The notes below the pieces were generated by a model. The model was given only the letters and a program-made list of their open reading frames with translations. It did not search any database and was not told where the DNA came from. A DNA stretch of 64,000 nt from Verrucomicrobiota bacterium (lineage in GTDB: Bacteria > Verrucomicrobiota > Verrucomicrobiia > Opitutales > Cerasicoccaceae): the NCBI GenBank assembly GCA_039818205.1, contig JBCBUK010000002.1:448001-512000 (forward strand), read 5' to 3'. A program made the position numbers and the translations under genes. Positions 10,210-20,500 of the stretch are shown here, in pieces; the stretch's first letter is position 1; each line of letters starts with the position of its first letter.

Positions 10210-11136
10210 ATGGATTCTCCTGAATTTTCTTTAGCACTCGCAAAAATGTTGATTTCAGCTGCCTGGGTGGATGGCCAGATCCACGAAGCTGAGCGCGACT
10301 ACCTGAAGGATTTCATCTTTAGCCTACCTCATGTTACCGAAGACACTTGGGAGGATCTTCAAACGTTCTTTGAACAGCCAGTTGATGAGGCCGAACGGAT
10401 TTACCTTTTGCAGGAACTCCGCCGCCTGTTGACTCGTGACACTCAGTTGCATCTGGTTACGAAGTCGGTTCGGCAGGTCTTTTTGGCTGACGGTCGAGTG
10501 CTGCCGGAGGAAGTCAAAGCCGCGCGCCAGATCACCCGTATTTTGCAGGGAACCGAGGAAGATTCGGAGCTGGAAATGTCCAACGTGATGAAGGCCCACC
10601 TCAAGCGCATGCGCGAACGCTACAGTGCTTCTCCGTTTGCGAAAATTGAGGACGAGGACGTTGATTTCCCGGAATCCGTCGGCAAATATTTTTCCGAACA
10701 AGGTTTTGAAATCGACGTGTCCGATACCGAACGCGATCGTATTTGCCTGATTGGTTGCCTGTTGGCCGTTGTCGCGAATGCTGATGGCGAACTCGATCCA
10801 AGCGAGAAGAACGTCGCCCGCGATTTTCTTCTTCGCCGTTGGAAGTTCTCGGGCCAGGTTACGAGTTTCGTCATCCAGATCATGACCTTTGATCCGGCAC
10901 GGGATCTGGACCTCGCAATGATCGTGAGACGCCTGTATGAGTCGACGACCGATGATGATCGCAAGCTTATCCTAAAGACGCTTTTGGCTATTTCGGCGGC
11001 TGACGGGAGAATTCTCAAAGAAGAAATCGATGAGTGTTACCGTATCGCCCGTCTGCTGAAGATTCCTGTCGAAGATATCGAGGAGTCGATGATCAACATC
11101 CCGCGCACGCGAAACGTAGGCAGTCCTCAGTCCTAG
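10210..11136 (+). CDS. TerB-family protein with two TerB domains
   Basis: AAWVDGQIHEAE / FLADG...EE and VANADGELDPSE / SAADG...EE motif pairs. Confidence 0.8.
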   Translation: MDSPEFSLALAKMLISAAWVDGQIHEAERDYLKDFIFSLPHVTEDTWEDLQTFFEQPVDEAERIYLLQELRRLLTRDTQLHLVTKSVRQVFLADGRVLPEEVKAARQITRILQGTEEDSELEMSNVMKAHLKRMRERYSASPFAKIEDEDVDFPESVGKYFSEQGFEIDVSDTERDRICLIGCLLAVVANADGELDPSEKNVARDFLLRRWKFSGQVTSFVIQIMTFDPARDLDLAMIVRRLYESTTDDDRKLILKTLLAISAADGRILKEEIDECYRIARLLKIPVEDIEESMINIPRTRNVGSPQS

Positions 11137-11164
11137 CTGGACCGAAAAGGCTGTACTTCGAGTA

Positions 11165-11890
11165 TTACTTGAGATGCTCGTTGAGCCACGGGGCGGCAAC
11201 GGCGGTCATTTTCTGCATGGCTTCGCCAGAAAAAACATGATCGGCTTCGGGCATTTCAACGTATTTGGCATTCGGGCCTGCTTGTTCGAAAATATCGCGT
11301 GCGTTATTGATGGGGACCGTGTCGTCAGGCTTTCCGTGGATTAAAAGCCATGGGATCGAAATGGCGCCGCCGCGCTCCACTAGGCTACCGATCTGTTGAC
11401 AATCCCTGAGGTAGGTTTCGCTCAGCGGGCAGTCTGTTTCTCCCCACATGAACCCACTGGTCTCTTCTCCAAACTCGACTTCGGCAAACTGGCTTACATG
11501 CACCATGCCGGCGAGGGACACTAACGCGTCGAGTTCGATTTCGCCGCTGGCAGCGATTACTCCGACGGCACCTCCCATCGAGTGGCCCACATAGGCAATC
11601 TTGGAAAAGTGTTCCCGTGCGGCAGCGACGACCACCCGGAGGTCTTCGACTTCCTTAGAGATCGTTGATTCATCGAAGGTACCTTCGCTGTCGCCATTAC
11701 CCGAGAAACTCATTCGCAAGGTAGCAATACCGATTTCGGCCAACGCTTGGGCCAGGCTCACTAAAACCGGGCGGTCTTTGTTTCCGGTGACCCCGTGGCC
11801 GAGAATCACGAGTCTATCCGATTCCGGGGAACCTTGTTCAAATTGGGTGTCTAGTTTCTCACCTGCCTGGTTGCGAATGTTTTCCAGCAT
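11165..11890 (-). CDS. alpha/beta fold hydrolase
   Basis: HG, GNGDSEG, GHSMGG, IHGKPDDTVP, ADH catalytic triad. Confidence 0.92.
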   Translation of the reverse strand: MLENIRNQAGEKLDTQFEQGSPESDRLVILGHGVTGNKDRPVLVSLAQALAEIGIATLRMSFSGNGDSEGTFDESTISKEVEDLRVVVAAAREHFSKIAYVGHSMGGAVGVIAASGEIELDALVSLAGMVHVSQFAEVEFGEETSGFMWGETDCPLSETYLRDCQQIGSLVERGGAISIPWLLIHGKPDDTVPINNARDIFEQAGPNAKYVEMPEADHVFSGEAMQKMTAVAAPWLNEHLK

Positions 11891-11971
11891 GGCCGAAAAC
11901 TAGGCCGCCGGGCGTTTTGCTTAAAGATTAAAGTTTGAACCCACAGCAAATGCGAGTTTGCTGACACCTTT

Positions 11972-12757
11972 ATGCCAACATTTGTGGACAAACTCGAAAA
12001 GCGCCTTGGGCGCTATGCGATCAGTAATTTGACATTCTGGATCATGGTCGGCCAAATCGCCATCTGGGGATTTGGTCTTTTCACTAATTTCCCAGTTGAG
12101 TCGCTGGCGCTCGATCCGAGTAAAGTTATCCAGGGTGAGGTCTGGCGGATCTTCACCTTCCTGCTAGAGCCTCCCATGGCCCGAATCAGCCTTTGGCTCA
12201 TTCTCATATGGTATATTTTCTATTTCTTTGGGAGTACGCTGGAAAAAGAGTGGGGAGAGTTTCGCTACAATTTATTCATCCTCGTTGGCGTCCTTTGTAC
12301 CGTGATCGGAGGGATGCTCACCTTGTTGATTCCAATTGCTGGTGGTTACCCGTTGAGTAATGGATATCTGCTCACCTCGCCAATGCTGGCCTTCGCTATC
12401 CTTTTTCCGAACTTCGAGATCCGGGTCTATTTTATCCTTCCCGTAAAGATGAAATGGATTGCGGTGTTTACTTTGGCCGCCTGGTTCTTCGGTGCCGGTA
12501 ACAATCCGTTTAGCTGGGTTTTGATTTTTGGGGCTCTGGCCAACATCATGTTGTTCTTTGGCAAGTCGTTCATCCAAGGACAGCAGGCCAAAAAACGCTC
12601 GAACCGATTTCACCGCGAACGCGAAGCCGAGGCTGCAGAGCCGTTTCACCGCTGCGTGATCTGTGGCAAGACCGATCTTGATGATCGGGATATGGAATTT
12701 GCCTACCAGGACGGCAAAGGATACTGCCGGGATCATTGGGATGAGATGGATAAGTAA
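11972..12757 (+). CDS. rhomboid-superfamily (Derlin-like) membrane protein with C-terminal Cys/His finger
   Basis: GEVWRIFTF (WR motif), several TM helices, no GxSG; tail HRCVICG...YCRDH. Confidence 0.7.
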   Translation: MPTFVDKLEKRLGRYAISNLTFWIMVGQIAIWGFGLFTNFPVESLALDPSKVIQGEVWRIFTFLLEPPMARISLWLILIWYIFYFFGSTLEKEWGEFRYNLFILVGVLCTVIGGMLTLLIPIAGGYPLSNGYLLTSPMLAFAILFPNFEIRVYFILPVKMKWIAVFTLAAWFFGAGNNPFSWVLIFGALANIMLFFGKSFIQGQQAKKRSNRFHREREAEAAEPFHRCVICGKTDLDDRDMEFAYQDGKGYCRDHWDEMDK

Positions 12758-12864
12758 CACGAAACGTTGACCATCGCTCCCTCTTTCGTTTTGGATTGAG
12801 GAATCATAACCAATCCCATCGTCAGATTCGATCTGACCCCCTCTAACCCATTTCACTGCGCACT

Positions 12865-13512
12865 ATGACTTTTGCTGAACAATTGCTGATTCTGGCCTTA
12901 GATCCGAAAACCGGAAAATTCCACGCCCTCCCACGGAAATCGTTGGAAATCGGTCTGGCCGGTGCATTCCTGCTCGAGCTCACGTTTCGCGACCTGGTCG
13001 ATGCTGAACCTGAAAAAGTGATTGTTCTGAAAGAGCACTATCCACAGCGTCCATTGCTTAACTCTGCCTTGCAAGTTTTGCGCGAGGGCGATGCCGAAGT
13101 GCCCATGCGAAAAGCCATCGCACGTCTTGCCCTGCAAGGACAGGTTTTGGTATCAAAAACCCTGGAGAAGCTGGTTGAGAACGGTGTTTTGGAGCGAAAG
13201 GACAAAATTTTCTTCGTGCGTCGTGATGTTCCAGTTTTTCCGCAGGCAGATGATCAAGCCTACCGGGATGTCGTAAAGCAAATCCGGGATCTTGTCTTGG
13301 ATGCTGAGGCGATCCCGTCGCCGGAAGAAGCGGCCTTGCTCTCGCTGGTTGAAGCCTGCCGATTGCAGCGCAAAATCTTCACCGAAGAGGAGCGATCCCA
13401 CTTTGAAAGTCGCTTCAAGCAGCTTGCTGGCATGGACCTGGTAGGTCGCGGCATCGTTGACGCAGTGCGCGCTGTGCGGGACAAAGAACTCTTGGAGATC
13501 GCCGGGGAGTAG
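12865..13512 (+). CDS. GPP34 (GOLPH3/Vps74) family protein
   Basis: TFAEQLLILALD, GLAGAFLLEL, LVENGVL...FP pattern. Confidence 0.82.
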   Translation: MTFAEQLLILALDPKTGKFHALPRKSLEIGLAGAFLLELTFRDLVDAEPEKVIVLKEHYPQRPLLNSALQVLREGDAEVPMRKAIARLALQGQVLVSKTLEKLVENGVLERKDKIFFVRRDVPVFPQADDQAYRDVVKQIRDLVLDAEAIPSPEEAALLSLVEACRLQRKIFTEEERSHFESRFKQLAGMDLVGRGIVDAVRAVRDKELLEIAGE

Positions 13513-13554
13513 CTCCGGATTCCTGTCGCAAAATTAGCTGCATCTGATAACGTC

Positions 13555-14985
13555 TTGTTCGTGAGCGATTGGCCAAATCATGCTCGGCGGCTCGCGAGCC
13601 ATTGCGACAGTCTAGTTTTTCACCCGGAGGTCACCGGTTGGTTGTCTAAAAATCGAGGAGAACCAATCGGAGTTGCCTGTTCGGGCGGAGTGGATTCGCT
13701 AGCGTTGCTCTTGCTGGCTTGGACGCGATTGCGTGAGCAACGCAAGGACCTTCGAGTATTGCATCTCAACCATGGCGTCCGGGGGGCTGATGCCGACACG
13801 GATGAACAGTTTGTGCTACGGGTGGCCGATGACTTGGGGATCCCAGTACTCTCTGAAATGGCCGACCTGCCAGCCGGAGTCAAGGTGGGGGAGGAGACTC
13901 TCAGAAATGAGAGGATGGCCTTTTTCGCGAACTCTGGCTGCTCTGCAATTTTGCTCGGGCACCATGCTGATGATGTTGCCGAAACACTGTTGATGCGCCT
14001 TTGCCGCGGAGCGGGGACCGAAGGGCTTGCCGCTCCGCGCCCAATTAGCCAGCCGAATCAACTGGGTGGCCTTCATCTACGACCGATGCTCGATTGGAGC
14101 CGGGAAGCGATTGAATCAGCAATGAAAACGGCGCGCATTCCCTGGCGGGAAGACGATTCCAACGCCAAGCTTGACTACTTTCGCAACCGGGTTCGGCACC
14201 GCGTATGGCCGGAACTAACTTTGGCCAGCCCGGTAAACGCGCTGGCTGGAACCACGCGTTCCCGGACCTTACTTCACGAGGACGCGGTTGCCTTGGAGCA
14301 ATGGCTCGATGCGGTTTATCCGTCGACTCAGGTTGAAGCAGAATTGCCGGCCAGTTTGTTTGTTGGTATGCCTAAGGCATTGTGGCGCAGGGGTTTGCTG
14401 CGTTGGATTAGCCATATCGAAGCCCATGGCTCGCTTTCGGCTCGAGCAATTGACGATCTATTGGAGCGGTGGATGGCAGGTGAAAGCGTTCGGGTGAGCG
14501 TCGGGACTAGTCAATTTATTGAAGGCGACCAGAAACAAAGGCTAAGACTTGTCGGAGCGAACGAGGAAGCCCCGTGTTGGCGGGAACAAGCGCTGCCATT
14601 TTCTTCGGCCATTGCCTTGCCAAATGGCTACTGGCTGCATGCTCGTCTAGCTAAATTAGACGATTCAATGCGGACCCGAATCCTCCGGGGTGACGTTTCG
14701 GAAACTAGGGATGTCTATCTTTCGCCTGGAGATCCATCGCCACCTTGGCAGATTCGACTATGGCGTCCCGGTGACCGCTATCACCCGCTGGGTGCACCGG
14801 GCTCGCGCAAGCTGCAGGACTGCTTTACGGATCGCAGGATTCCCGAAAGGGAACGAAATCGTCTTCCGGTGGTCTGTGATGGTTCCGGAACAATTGTCTG
14901 GGTGCCGGGTCTGCCACCGAACGAAAAGCGTCGACTCTCAGCCGAGGCAGAATCGGCTCTGTGGTTGACTTACCAGCCTTTTTGA
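13555..14985 (+). CDS. tilS: tRNA(Ile)-lysidine synthetase
   Basis: SGGVDS PP-loop, HLNHGVR, GHHADDVAET, EDDSN...RNRVRH; directly upstream of ftsH. Confidence 0.95.
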   Translation: MFVSDWPNHARRLASHCDSLVFHPEVTGWLSKNRGEPIGVACSGGVDSLALLLLAWTRLREQRKDLRVLHLNHGVRGADADTDEQFVLRVADDLGIPVLSEMADLPAGVKVGEETLRNERMAFFANSGCSAILLGHHADDVAETLLMRLCRGAGTEGLAAPRPISQPNQLGGLHLRPMLDWSREAIESAMKTARIPWREDDSNAKLDYFRNRVRHRVWPELTLASPVNALAGTTRSRTLLHEDAVALEQWLDAVYPSTQVEAELPASLFVGMPKALWRRGLLRWISHIEAHGSLSARAIDDLLERWMAGESVRVSVGTSQFIEGDQKQRLRLVGANEEAPCWREQALPFSSAIALPNGYWLHARLAKLDDSMRTRILRGDVSETRDVYLSPGDPSPPWQIRLWRPGDRYHPLGAPGSRKLQDCFTDRRIPERERNRLPVVCDGSGTIVWVPGLPPNEKRRLSAEAESALWLTYQPF

Positions 14986-15014
14986 AGAAATATCTTCAAT
15001 CTTTAGATTTTTAA

Positions 15015-17117
15015 ATGAGCGAAAACGAAAATAACCGCGACGATTCGCAGAAAGCCCCACAGCCAGGCGGTTTTCATCCCAAGATGATCATCATTTGGCT
15101 GGTTGTTATTTCAGCAATTGTCCTACTGTGGAGGAATACTCCAGATCAGGCTGCTGGCCTCGATCGCCTGAGTGTCTCTGAATTAGTCCAGAAGGCTCAA
15201 GCAGGGGACCTGGTAACATTGAACATCAAATCGGAACCCAGTGGTGGTCAGAAATGGTATTCGATGTGGGGAGAGATGAAAAACCCCAACTACGACCCTG
15301 ATAAAGTCGTCAAAACTGACGAGAAGAAGGAGGGTGGAAGCCTGGGAACCTTGGGAGAGAAAAAGGAGGATAACCCCAAGACTAAAGAATACCAGGCTGA
15401 GGGATATCTCACCGACGACCGTTTTGACCTGTTGACCAGCCCTGACGCGAGCTACGACGTAAATCAGAAGCCAGCGAGCACGATGATGCAGGACCTTTTG
15501 GTGGGTCTGTTGCCATTTTTGATTATCATCGGTTTGATCTACTTCTTGTTCGTTCGCCAGTTGAAGATGGCGGGCAAAGGCGCGATGTCTTTTGGCAAGA
15601 GCCGGGCAAAGCTGCTGACTCGCGACAAAGAGCGCTTTCTGTTCAAGGACGTTGCCGGTTGTGATGAGGCCAAAGAGGAAGTGGCCGAGGTTGTTGATTT
15701 CCTTAAGGACCCTAAGAAGTTCCAACGTATCGGTGGCAAGGTGCCAAAGGGCGTCTTGATGGTTGGTCCTCCTGGAACCGGTAAGACCCTCCTGGCCAAG
15801 GCGGTTGCGGGCGAAGCCGATGTGCCTTTTTTCTCCATCAGCGGCTCTGACTTCGTCGAGATGTTTGTCGGCGTTGGTGCAGCCCGGGTTCGCGATATGT
15901 TTGAGCAAGGGCGCAAGAACGCACCTTGTATTGTTTTTATCGACGAGATCGATGCAGTCGGTCGCCAGCGCGGTGCCGGTCTTGGTGGCGGCAATGATGA
16001 GCGCGAGCAGACCCTCAACTCCTTGTTGGTTGAGATGGATGGCTTCGACGGTCACGAGGGTATCATTATCATCGCGGCAACGAATCGCCCCGACGTCTTG
16101 GACAAGGCGCTCTTGCGTCCGGGTCGTTTCGACCGACAGGTCCTCATTGACCTGCCTGACTTGAAGGGCCGGGAAGAGGTCCTTAAGGTCCACGCCCGCA
16201 AAATTAAGATGAGCCGGCATATCGATCTGGTCCGCGTTGCGCGAAGCACGGCGGGATTCTCGGGTGCCGACTTGGCGAATTTACTCAATGAAGCCGCCTT
16301 GGTTGCGGCGCGTCGCGACAAGTCTGAAGTGGAGTCTGCCGACATCGAAGAAGCACGCGACAAGATCGCTTACGGTCGTGAGCGTCGCAAGCTCATGGAT
16401 GAAGAGGACAAGCGTTCGACCGCGTTCCACGAAGCTGGCCACGCGCTGGTTCAGGCGGTGCTCAAAGACAAGAAGCGTGAGTTGCACAAGGTAACTATTT
16501 TGCCGCGGGGTCGCGCCTTGGGTATGGCGATGTATACGCCAATCAAGGAGATTCTTGGTTACTCCAAAAACGAATTGCTGAACTTCATTTGTACCGCAAT
16601 GGCGGGCCGGATTGGTGAAGAACTTGAGACCGGTGACTTCTCGAATGGCGCCTCAAGTGATATCAAGCAGGCGACCCAGATTGCGCGTCAGATGGTTTGC
16701 GATTGGGGTATGAGCGATATCGGCCCGGTTGCCCTGGGGGAGAATCAGGAACACATCTTTCTGGCAAAAGAGATCACGCGGAATCAGAACTATTCCGAAG
16801 ACACCGCACGCCGGATTGACGACGAGATCCAAAATATTCTCAAATCGCAATACCAGCGAGCACAGCAGATTGTTGAGGAGTATCGTAAGGAGCTTGAGGC
16901 AGTTGCTGAAGCGCTTCTGGAGTATGAAACCATTGAGGGTAAGCACGTGCATGAGATCCTTGAGTTCGGAGAGCTTCGTTCCCCGGTGATCAATAACACG
17001 ACGCCTCCACCCGAAGCGGAGGAAGAAGACCAAGCTCCAGCAAAGCCAAAGAAGTCTAAGGAAGACGACGAAGAGGGCGAGCTTCCAGGAGCAGCTCCAG
17101 CGGGTATGCCCGCCTAG
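15015..17117 (+). CDS. ftsH: ATP-dependent zinc metalloprotease FtsH
   Basis: Two TM helices, [29 protein letters not shown]. Confidence 0.98.
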   Translation: MSENENNRDDSQKAPQPGGFHPKMIIIWLVVISAIVLLWRNTPDQAAGLDRLSVSELVQKAQAGDLVTLNIKSEPSGGQKWYSMWGEMKNPNYDPDKVVKTDEKKEGGSLGTLGEKKEDNPKTKEYQAEGYLTDDRFDLLTSPDASYDVNQKPASTMMQDLLVGLLPFLIIIGLIYFLFVRQLKMAGKGAMSFGKSRAKLLTRDKERFLFKDVAGCDEAKEEVAEVVDFLKDPKKFQRIGGKVPKGVLMVGPPGTGKTLLAKAVAGEADVPFFSISGSDFVEMFVGVGAARVRDMFEQGRKNAPCIVFIDEIDAVGRQRGAGLGGGNDEREQTLNSLLVEMDGFDGHEGIIIIAATNRPDVLDKALLRPGRFDRQVLIDLPDLKGREEVLKVHARKIKMSRHIDLVRVARSTAGFSGADLANLLNEAALVAARRDKSEVESADIEEARDKIAYGRERRKLMDEEDKRSTAFHEAGHALVQAVLKDKKRELHKVTILPRGRALGMAMYTPIKEILGYSKNELLNFICTAMAGRIGEELETGDFSNGASSDIKQATQIARQMVCDWGMSDIGPVALGENQEHIFLAKEITRNQNYSEDTARRIDDEIQNILKSQYQRAQQIVEEYRKELEAVAEALLEYETIEGKHVHEILEFGELRSPVINNTTPPPEAEEEDQAPAKPKKSKEDDEEGELPGAAPAGMPA

Positions 17118-17135
17118 CGGCTTCTCAATCAGAAT

Positions 17136-19730
17136 TTAGAACAAAGCCAGTTGGTCGTCGTCGGCCACTGGCTTTTTCTCTTTCTTGGTGGCACGTTTCT
17201 TGGCAGCGGGTTGGGCGGGCTCGCGCAAGGTTTCGCGTAGAACATTGCCTTCAGTCTCCAGCTCTTCCAATACCACTTTCGCTCGATCGATGACACTGGG
17301 AGGCAGTCCCGCTAGTCGGGCCACCTGAATGCCGTAGGAGCGATCAGCGGCTCCGGGGATCACCGTATGGATGAATCGGATTTCATCGGCCCACTCCTTG
17401 ACTGAAACTGAGTAGTTGCGCAGCCGGGACAGCGAATTCTCCAATTGCGTGATCTCGTGGTAGTGGGTGGCAAACAGGGTGCGCGGACCGCGTTCGCCGT
17501 TGCCATGTAAGTGTTCGACGACGGCCCAGGCGATGCTGAGTCCATCGTAGGTCGACGTGCCGCGCCCAATCTCATCAAGAATGATTAAGCTGCGATCAGT
17601 GGCGTTGTTCAGGATGTTGGCAGTCTCATTCATTTCGACCATGAAAGTCGAATTGCCACGGGCGAGCTCGTCGCTGGCTCCGACGCGGGAAAATATGCGA
17701 TCGACCAAACCCACGCGGCAACGTTTGGCGGGGACCCAACTGCCAATTTGAGCGAGGAGCACGATCAAGGCGACCTGACGAATGTAGGTCGATTTACCCG
17801 CCATGTTGGGCCCAGTAAGGAGGGCAATCTGTTCTTCGGTCGCGGTAAGGAGGGTATCATTCGGTACGAAACTATGGGCTCCGCGCAGACCAAGCCGGTC
17901 ACTCTTGATCATCTGCTCAACAACCGGGTGGCGTCCCTGCTCGATATCTAGCGTGTCATCCTCGCTGAGTTCCGGGCGGCAATAATCCCACTCCCGGGCT
18001 AGCTGCGCCCAGGCTATAAACACGTCCGCTTCGGCCAGGGTATTGGCGGTCTCCTCGAGTCGGTGAGCGTCCTTGAGGATCGTTGCAACGAGGTCTTGGA
18101 AAAGCGATTCTTCGCGGTTGAGCGCACGTTCCTCCGCGGTCAGGATTTCCTTCTCTTTTTGCCGCAGTTCCTCCGTAACAAATCGCTCGGCGTTCTTCAT
18201 CGTTTGCTTACGAATATAATCTTCGGGTGCCCGGGCGACGTTCGTTTTGGTGATCTCAATGAAATACCCAAAAGCTCCCGTGTAGCGCACTTTCAAACTG
18301 CTTATGCCAGTGCGTTCGCGTTCGGCCGCCTCAAAGTTACTTACCCAGGTTTTGCTGTCTCGGGTTAAGCCGCGGAGTTTATCGAGCTCTTCATCAAAGC
18401 CATCTCGAATGACACCACCTTCTTGGAGGTTGCTCGGAAGTTCGTCGGCCATCGACTCCTTGAGGTAGGCGCGGAGCTCATCGAAAGAATTTACTTTGTG
18501 ATGCAGAGCCTTAGTCGACTCTCCGGGAATTCGTTCGAGCTCCTCTCGAATCGAAGGGAGCTGATTGAGCGTATCGCGAATTCCACCAAGCTCGCGCGGG
18601 TTGCGAATACGATTTTGAAGGCGTCCGAGGATTCGGGCAATGTCGCGGACACCTTTGAGTAGATCAGCAATTGCGGCAGATCGCGACGGCTCGACGTGAA
18701 ATTCGCCCACCGCTTGTTGGCGCCGGTTTAACTCTTCTAGGTCTAATTGGGGAGTTGCGAGCCACTGCTCCAGGAGCCGACCGCCAGCGGCGGTCACCGT
18801 TTGGTCGACTGCGTTCATGAGCGAACCGGTGCGCCCACCCTGCGAGCTCTGAAAAATTTCCAAGTTCCTCAAGGTAGCCGGATCTAGCAGAAGCGCTTGC
18901 TGGGTATGATATTCCTTGATGCGGCGCAGGTTTTTGGGCGGCGCGCATAGTGTATCAGTGGCGTAGGCTATTAAGGCTCCAGCACTGCCGAGAGCAGCGT
19001 GGTTCACGTCGAGCCCAAAGCCATTGAGGTTTAAGACGCCAAGCGCATCGAGAACTGAGCGGGCGCCAGCCTCGGTTTCGAACTGAAAGTCGGGCACCAT
19101 CGAGACCGGGCGCGACTCACAAAAGTAGTCGAACTCGGCGTGCCAGTCTTGAAGCGCTTCCTGGTGGGCCCAGCTGAGCGAATTCGATTCCGGCAGAACG
19201 ATTTCTTTCGGATCGATTGCGTTAAATATCGGCATCAGCTGCGAGGGATTTGTTTCGCTGGAAATCTGAAACTCGCCCGTCGAAAGATCGAGCCAGGCAG
19301 CATGGAAACGGCCCTTGCGATCGCTGCACAAGGCCAGCAGGTAGTGGTTGCGGCGAGCATCGAGCTGATGTTCCTCAAGGGTGGTTCCTGGGGTGAGGAC
19401 GCGGGTCAGGTCGCGTTCCACCAACTTACCCGGCTTCGGGGTTTCGATCTGGTCAACGATCGCAACCTTGACTCCCTGGTTTAGAAGTCTGGGCAGGTAG
19501 GTTTCGCGTGCATGGTAGGGGATGCCAGCCATCGGGTATCCACTGCGCTGCGTTAAGGTGATACCGAGGAGACGCGCGCCCGTCTCCGCATCGTCGTGGA
19601 ACATTTCATAGAAGTCACCCAAGCGGAATAGAAGGAGTGCGTCAGCCGGGACGCGCGGGTCTTCTTTGCGGTAGCGCCAATACTGCTGCATCATTGGCGT
19701 TTCGCGGGCGACTTTCTTTTTTGGAGACAT
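17136..19730 (-). CDS. mutS: DNA mismatch repair protein MutS
   Basis: TPMMQQY, FRLGDFYEMF, TGPNMAGKST, STFMVEM, DEIGRGTST, ATHYHE, SYGIQVA; C-terminal QLALF. ATG 19730 preferred because 19763 lies inside a hairpin. Confidence 0.98.
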   Translation of the reverse strand: MSPKKKVARETPMMQQYWRYRKEDPRVPADALLLFRLGDFYEMFHDDAETGARLLGITLTQRSGYPMAGIPYHARETYLPRLLNQGVKVAIVDQIETPKPGKLVERDLTRVLTPGTTLEEHQLDARRNHYLLALCSDRKGRFHAAWLDLSTGEFQISSETNPSQLMPIFNAIDPKEIVLPESNSLSWAHQEALQDWHAEFDYFCESRPVSMVPDFQFETEAGARSVLDALGVLNLNGFGLDVNHAALGSAGALIAYATDTLCAPPKNLRRIKEYHTQQALLLDPATLRNLEIFQSSQGGRTGSLMNAVDQTVTAAGGRLLEQWLATPQLDLEELNRRQQAVGEFHVEPSRSAAIADLLKGVRDIARILGRLQNRIRNPRELGGIRDTLNQLPSIREELERIPGESTKALHHKVNSFDELRAYLKESMADELPSNLQEGGVIRDGFDEELDKLRGLTRDSKTWVSNFEAAERERTGISSLKVRYTGAFGYFIEITKTNVARAPEDYIRKQTMKNAERFVTEELRQKEKEILTAEERALNREESLFQDLVATILKDAHRLEETANTLAEADVFIAWAQLAREWDYCRPELSEDDTLDIEQGRHPVVEQMIKSDRLGLRGAHSFVPNDTLLTATEEQIALLTGPNMAGKSTYIRQVALIVLLAQIGSWVPAKRCRVGLVDRIFSRVGASDELARGNSTFMVEMNETANILNNATDRSLIILDEIGRGTSTYDGLSIAWAVVEHLHGNGERGPRTLFATHYHEITQLENSLSRLRNYSVSVKEWADEIRFIHTVIPGAADRSYGIQVARLAGLPPSVIDRAKVVLEELETEGNVLRETLREPAQPAAKKRATKKEKKPVADDDQLALF
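17143..17177 (+). terminator. ftsH terminator lying within the 3' end of mutS
   Basis: Stem AAAGCCAGT(T)GGTCG / CGGCCACTGGCTTT followed by T residues. Confidence 0.6.
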
Positions 19731-19741
19731 GGCTGGTTCTA

Positions 19742-19780
19742 AAATAAATCGGCTGCGAACCATCTGGGATCGCAGCCGAT
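19742..19780 (-). terminator. hairpin/terminator after the lipoprotein gene
   Basis: 11-bp perfect inverted repeat ATCGGCTGCGA/TCGCAGCCGAT followed by TTATTTT on the minus strand. Confidence 0.6.
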
Positions 19781-19796
19781 GAAATTTAATAAATGA

Positions 19797-20453
19797 CTAA
19801 TTCTTTTGGAATGCGCTTACGGCACCTTGATAAGCTTTTTGAACACTGCTCCAAGCCTTTGACAACTCATTGGAGGCATCGGTCCAGGTGCTTTCTGACG
19901 AGGACTTCATGTTGCTGAGAGCCTTGGTGAAGTCTGCATTGGCGTCGTTCCATTCGCCTTGCGCCGAGTTCCACTGGCTCTTGGCATCGCCGGTCAGAGT
20001 GGCGGATTTCAGGGCGAGTTTGGCCCAATCGGCTTGCAGGTCTTTCTGAGAATTCGTGAAATGTTGAATGGCTTCGTTCTTCTGATCGGCCGACCATTTT
20101 TCAACGTTTTGCGTTAGCTGATTGGCCGAGTCGTTTATCGACTGTGCACCCTGGTTGATGCTATTGGAAAGGCTGCTGAAAGCATTGGAAGTTTCTTTCT
20201 TAGCATCATCGGTCGCCTTTTCAGCGGCCTTCTTCTGATCTTCGGACCACTTCTCAACGTTCTCGGCTGTCTGTTTGGTCGAGTCTTCAATCGATTGAGC
20301 ACCGTCTTTGATGCTCTCAGTGACATTGCTCAGCGCTTGGGATGCGTTTTGCTCGGTCTCTTTTTCGACTTTTTCAGCCTCGGTTTTACTTTGATCGGAG
20401 CAACCGCTAAGGGCGACGCCGAGTGAAAATGTAGCAATCAGGAGTTTTTTCAT
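19797..20453 (-). CDS. helical repeat lipoprotein
   Basis: MKKLLIATFSLGVALSG-C lipobox; Ala/Ser/Gln/Lys-rich helices with an internal duplication. Confidence 0.85.
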   Translation of the reverse strand: MKKLLIATFSLGVALSGCSDQSKTEAEKVEKETEQNASQALSNVTESIKDGAQSIEDSTKQTAENVEKWSEDQKKAAEKATDDAKKETSNAFSSLSNSINQGAQSINDSANQLTQNVEKWSADQKNEAIQHFTNSQKDLQADWAKLALKSATLTGDAKSQWNSAQGEWNDANADFTKALSNMKSSSESTWTDASNELSKAWSSVQKAYQGAVSAFQKN

Positions 20454-20500
20454 GGGGTTGTAATTCCACTCCATTTCAAGCGACTTATCGAGAGTAAACC

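Noticed and set aside
15183..16220. 345-aa antisense ORF in ftsH
   Set aside because: Shadow frame of a conserved gene; no motifs.
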